Shown in pieces: positions 15,334 to 18,847 of a stretch of DNA of 18,847 nucleotides. Position 1 is the stretch's first letter. Each line of letters starts with the position of its first letter. The stretch lies in the NCBI GenBank assembly GCA_029858305.1, contig JAOUFI010000040.1:1-18847 (forward strand). The letters run 5' to 3'. The translations under genes were made by a program, and so were the position numbers. The notes under the pieces are model-generated. The model worked only from the letters and a program-made list of their open reading frames with translations, did no database searches and was not told the DNA's origin. Source of the DNA: Candidatus Thorarchaeota archaeon. GTDB lineage: Archaea; Asgardarchaeota; Thorarchaeia; Thorarchaeales; Thorarchaeaceae.

Positions 15334-16134
15334 TTACTTCTTTGGTATGACTCCAAGAACGATATGCTGTTTTCTCTGTACTAATTTGTAATAGAATCCA
15401 TCCTTCGCTAGGCATGTATTGAGGAGGAGCAGAATCCAGACTCCAATAAGAAAGACAGGTGCCAAGAGTGTTTGCATCGTTTCCACAAAAGAAACAGGAA
15501 CCATTATCACTGTTAACTGATAACCCCAATCCCTTCCTAGATACATTCCCAATCCTGCTACTATATCTATCACTCCTAGAATCAATATAGATAAGACAAC
15601 TGGGAAAAATCCAATCCAAGGAATTGGTTCATCAAGACCAAGGACTGGATATAACATTACGAATCCGAGCAAGACAAAGAATGCCTTGAGAAGTTGTGCA
15701 ATGACTGCCAGACTAAAGACGTTTTTCTGAAGTGTACCTGGACTTTTTCGTTCTTGATTATCAACACTTGCGATTCTTTCGAAACTGTAGCCTCCATTTT
15801 GTCTGATGATACCTAGGATTAGACATTGAGCAAAACTGACAAGGATGATGCTGGTAGTAGCAAACCATGAGATACCTAGTGCTACTGGAAAAAGAATGTG
15901 AAACAAACTTACACCCATCGACACACCCCAAGACTCGACCTTTAGGCTCCATAACCACCAAGCCGCTATAATTTCGATGAAACCGATTCCTGCAAGTGCG
16001 CTAGAAACTTCATTTGGAATTAGTGAGAGTGCAACGAAGATGATCGCTCTGACAACATGTATGAGGCTTGCTAAAAGAACAAAGTCGGTTCTAAAATACG
16101 GTTGTTCTATTGAAAGTTGCACTTCACATCCCAT
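15334..16134 (-). CDS. Hypothetical membrane protein with an internal duplication (2 x about 4 TM)
   Basis: SD GAGGTG lies 8 nt before ATG 16134 (MGCEVQLS), favouring this start over 16200. The halves share GIGFIEIIAAWWLWSLKVESWG / ILGVIDIVAGLGMYLGRDWG. Confidence 0.75.
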   Translation of the reverse strand: MGCEVQLSIEQPYFRTDFVLLASLIHVVRAIIFVALSLIPNEVSSALAGIGFIEIIAAWWLWSLKVESWGVSMGVSLFHILFPVALGISWFATTSIILVSFAQCLILGIIRQNGGYSFERIASVDNQERKSPGTLQKNVFSLAVIAQLLKAFFVLLGFVMLYPVLGLDEPIPWIGFFPVVLSILILGVIDIVAGLGMYLGRDWGYQLTVIMVPVSFVETMQTLLAPVFLIGVWILLLLNTCLAKDGFYYKLVQRKQHIVLGVIPKK

Positions 16135-16371
16135 ATGATTAGCACCTCGGTCAAATGGTTTGACATCCTGGGGGCAATAATAAGCATGCGAATACCGCAT
16201 CGTCTGGCGGATTTGTTAACACATTAGAATTGAACACAGAGGAATTCTTTTGCAGCAACAGCAACGATACTAGTTAGTACTTCTTAGATCGTGGTTTGAA
16301 AATGAATTAAAACTTGCATCGCAGACTAATATACGACATTAGCTTTGACACTGGATGTTTCGGACGAAGAA

Positions 16372-17298
16372 CTATTGAGAGCGTTCTTCAAGAATCTGAT
16401 CGCGGAAATCCTTGTAGTATTTCCACTCGCCACTTATTGCTTGACTTATTGATTGATATTCTGGAAACATAGACACTAATCGAGATTGAATCTCTTGTGC
16501 CTCTACTACGCTGTCTACTTGAAAAGTCAGAAATATTATGGGACGATTTACAATCTTCCAGCTGACCCAAAAATTATCCTCATAAATTTCTCTTATTTTT
16601 TCTTCAATCTCGAGTTGTCTGTCGTTAGTGAGTTCGTGCAACTGAAGTGCAAAATTGATGATAAATCCGTGACCAATTACACCAATGTTGGAGAGTACTG
16701 TTTCATATAGCATACCTTGTTTTCTCATGTATTCTAACCTTTTTCTAATAGTCGGCGATGATCGACCCAACTTCTGTGCCAACTCGTTAATCGGCATTCG
16801 TCCATTCCATCGGAGTTGACGGAGTATCTGCCAATCAATCTTCTTCAGAGACTCGATTCCTTTGGAGCTGGGAAGAGTCACATGAGACGATGGTGGGGGA
16901 AGGGCCTGAAAGACATCCAGCTCATCCACATAATCATTTTTTCTCAAGTGCTCAACGACTTGATTTAGTTCATCGTTATTCCTATATATGGCAACAACCA
17001 TTCCATCTTTTTGAATCCCGCTTGACACACTTGTGATAAACGGATTATTTCCTATCTCATCTTTTTCTTCTTGTGATAGAAGTCGTTTCAAACGCAAAAT
17101 AATCAATGCGAAACTAGCATTGAATAGACTGAGCTTGAGTTGAACATCAAAATGCACAATGATTCCTTGCTCAATCATTGTTTCTACACGAGTCTTAATT
17201 GTGTTCACAGAAACATCGTACTTCTCTCCAAGTTCAGTAAATGATGCTCTACAATTGTTGCTTAGTTCTTGGAACAGAACTTTGTCTAGGTTATCCAA
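16372..17298 (-). CDS. Tandem (duplicated) Lrp/AsnC-family transcriptional regulator
   Basis: Two HTH modules, MDNLDKVLFQELSNNCRASFTELGEKYDVSVNTIKTRV and LKKIDWQILRQLRWNGRMPINELAQKLGRSSPTIRKRL, each followed by a RAM-like domain. TTG start with AGGTGG SD. Confidence 0.9.
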   Translation of the reverse strand: MDNLDKVLFQELSNNCRASFTELGEKYDVSVNTIKTRVETMIEQGIIVHFDVQLKLSLFNASFALIILRLKRLLSQEEKDEIGNNPFITSVSSGIQKDGMVVAIYRNNDELNQVVEHLRKNDYVDELDVFQALPPPSSHVTLPSSKGIESLKKIDWQILRQLRWNGRMPINELAQKLGRSSPTIRKRLEYMRKQGMLYETVLSNIGVIGHGFIINFALQLHELTNDRQLEIEEKIREIYEDNFWVSWKIVNRPIIFLTFQVDSVVEAQEIQSRLVSMFPEYQSISQAISGEWKYYKDFRDQILEERSQ

Positions 17299-17327
17299 CT
17301 TAGTCCACCTGTGATTTTCTGATTTTT

Positions 17328-17394
17328 GCAGTCAATACCGCAAAACTGTGAATTCTGACCTTAATAATCTACAATTTTTGAAGGTATTGATTGC
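17328..17394. promoter_or_regulatory. Long imperfect inverted repeat in the divergent promoter region
   Basis: GCAGTCAATACC (17328-17339) pairs with GGTATTGATTGC (17383-17394) at 11/12; the match extends inward as CAAAA/TTTTG and TGT/ACA. Confidence 0.55.
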
Positions 17395-17455
17395 CAAGCT
17401 GTTTAGTAATTTTTCATGATGGTATATCATACGAACTACTCGTAGGATTGTTCAA

Positions 17456-17885
17456 ATGATAAAACAAATCAGAACAAAACAAGGTTCAGGAATCGTTTCC
17501 GATCCTGATTATCTCGAACCTAAAAACCCAACCAGGATATTCATCGTAGTCACGATACTATCACTCGTTGCATGTGGGATTGTTCCCGCGCTGTTCGCTG
17601 ACTTTGTGACTGCGCTGACTCCCATATTCTGGCTGGTTTTCCATGTTATGTACATTGGACTGCTTCTAGTGGCTTACATGGTTACTATGAAACAATACAA
17701 TATTGAAAGGAGAAGATATTATGTCAATAGATGTCATGATTCTGCTATTCGTACTTTCGGTGATTCTCTGCTGGTGTGCGTCTGAGCTAGTGAAGCGGCG
17801 CAGTATCCATGTGCCGAAAATACCTCTTGCACTATTCCATCTGGCATATATCACAGGACTAGTCACAGTCTACATACTCTTTTAG
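17456..17885 (+). pseudogene. Four-TM membrane protein gene apparently split by a +1 frameshift near 17691-17720 (or two overlapping small genes)
   Basis: ORF 17456-17785 has two TM helices and then turns hydrophilic exactly where the +1 frame (open from 17691 to TAG 17885) encodes two more TM helices. Confidence 0.55.
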
Positions 17886-17891
17886 TTGCCA

Positions 17892-17933
17892 GTGATGCAG
17901 AGAGATAGCTACTCTGCATCACCTGCATTTTTT
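17892..17933. terminator. Hairpin terminator between convergent genes
   Basis: GTGATGCAGAG-AGATAGCTA-CTCTGCATCAC (11-bp stem, 17892-17922), followed by a T6 run at 17928-17933. Confidence 0.7.
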
Positions 17934-18846
17934 ATCTCATCCTGTCTTCAAAGTAGATGTTGGGCTCATATGTCGGCGGCCATTGAGGTGTATTGTCCAA
18001 TACTCCTTCTATCTGATCCAGAACCTCTTTTGATAGCTTTACATCGGATGCGCCTGCACTCTCAATGACATGCTCAGGTTTTGTGGCTCCAACAATAGCT
18101 GCTGATATCTCAGATCGTCGAAGAATCCAAGCTAGAGCTAGTTGACTTGTTGTGATGTCCAATGATTTAGCAATCTCTCCAAGTTTCCTCACCTTCGACA
18201 AGTTCTCCTCTGTAAGCAAGTCCTTCACCATATCAGATTTTGAGCCCCTACTTCCCTCTGGAATGCCATCATTGTACTTACCAGTGAGAAGACCTTGTGC
18301 TAGAGGACTCCATACTGTAAAGCCCATACCATGAGTTTTGCCAACGTGCAGGATTTCTACCTCGATGTGTCTTGAGAACATGTTGTACATTGGCTGTTCA
18401 ACGATTGGTCTGTGAGCATGAATTTCCTTTGCCACAGCCTGAACTCGCTCAAGCTGCGCCGCAGTCCAGACAGATGTACCCCAATAGCGAACATCACCTG
18501 CCCTGATTAGGCCATCAAGGGTTTCCACCGTTTCTCTGACTGGTGTAGTATAATCGTATCTGTGAAGATAATAGAGGTCTAAGTAATCAATATTGAGGCG
18601 ATTGAGTGAGCCCTCAATTGCATTAGTTATGTTTCGTCTGCTATTTCCCCAGTCATTAATGTCTTGACTAGTAGGCCAGAACACCTTGCTAGAGATGACA
18701 AAATCCCTTCTATTGACAGTTTCTTCGGCAAGCCATTCGCCTATGACCTCTTCTGCCTTGCCACCAGCATAAATCTCTGCGCAATCAATGAAGTTGATAC
18801 CTTGTTCCACAGCCGTGTTCATACATTCCTTAGCGACTTGATCCTC
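17932..18846 (-). CDS. Aldo/keto reductase (Kv-beta/shaker-like clade), 5'-truncated by the window edge
   Basis: FIDCAEIY (Asp, Tyr), VISSKVFW (Lys), YYLHRYD (His) and WSPLAQGLLTGKY. The frame stays open upstream of 18822 (EDQVAKEC). Confidence 0.93.
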   Translation of the reverse strand, partial: EDQVAKECMNTAVEQGINFIDCAEIYAGGKAEEVIGEWLAEETVNRRDFVISSKVFWPTSQDINDWGNSRRNITNAIEGSLNRLNIDYLDLYYLHRYDYTTPVRETVETLDGLIRAGDVRYWGTSVWTAAQLERVQAVAKEIHAHRPIVEQPMYNMFSRHIEVEILHVGKTHGMGFTVWSPLAQGLLTGKYNDGIPEGSRGSKSDMVKDLLTEENLSKVRKLGEIAKSLDITTSQLALAWILRRSEISAAIVGATKPEHVIESAGASDVKLSKEVLDQIEGVLDNTPQWPPTYEPNIYFEDRMR

Positions 18847-18847
18847 G

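Noticed and set aside
16135-16215. Possible fluoride or other riboswitch in the leader, and a longer N-terminus from ATG 16200
   Set aside because: Consensus riboswitch nucleotides are absent, and a strong GAGGTG SD supports ATG 16134.
17783-17908. Possible selenocysteine readthrough of TGA 17783-17785
   Set aside because: The readthrough product looks random, the +1 frame explains the region better, and the downstream hairpin looks like a terminator, not a SECIS.
69-18334. Numerous short ORFs antisense to or overlapping the main genes (e.g. 1145-1522, 4414-4707, 7602-7910, 14666-15004, 15314-15619)
   Set aside because: They are shadows of longer genes with coherent protein signal and show no recognisable motifs of their own.
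1-18847. CRISPR arrays, tRNA/rRNA, transposases, integrases, defence systems
   Set aside because: No regularly spaced repeats, cloverleaf or T-loop motifs, or mobile-element and defence protein motifs were seen by eye; tRNAscan-SE and cmscan would be needed to exclude RNAs formally.

Overview
Gene-dense archaeal window with about 18 protein-coding genes. I found no recognisable rRNA, tRNA, CRISPR array or mobile element. AGGTG/GAGG-type Shine-Dalgarno sites, TATA-like boxes, a tandem Lrp/AsnC regulator and a giant Ig-repeat membrane protein with a longin-like cytoplasmic tail suggest an Asgard archaeon, probably Thorarchaeia; this is inferred, not tested. Gene content: partial cation:proton antiporter, TIGR04076-like Cys protein, membrane-anchored wHTH regulator, two membrane-anchored surface proteins, DinB protein, TIM-barrel isomerase/epimerase, TspO-like protein, the 1574-aa receptor-like protein, ICMT/PEMT methyltransferase, MscL, AlkZ-like DNA glycosylase, several membrane proteins (one apparently frameshifted) and a partial aldo/keto reductase. 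Most notable: (1) an apparently circularly permuted MscL, with the usual C-terminal 'L-x-EIR-x-LL' bundle helix and Pro linker at the N-terminus; (2) a single-pass receptor-like protein with Ig-like repeats, TM, longin-like domain and winged helix, preceded by a tandem direct repeat; (3) a surface protein with motifs resembling the eukaryotic ComC/SAARP-type beta-supersandwich, next to a membrane-tethered regulator and a palindromic operator; (4) four bacterial-style hairpin+U terminators. All family calls rest on motif recognition by eye.
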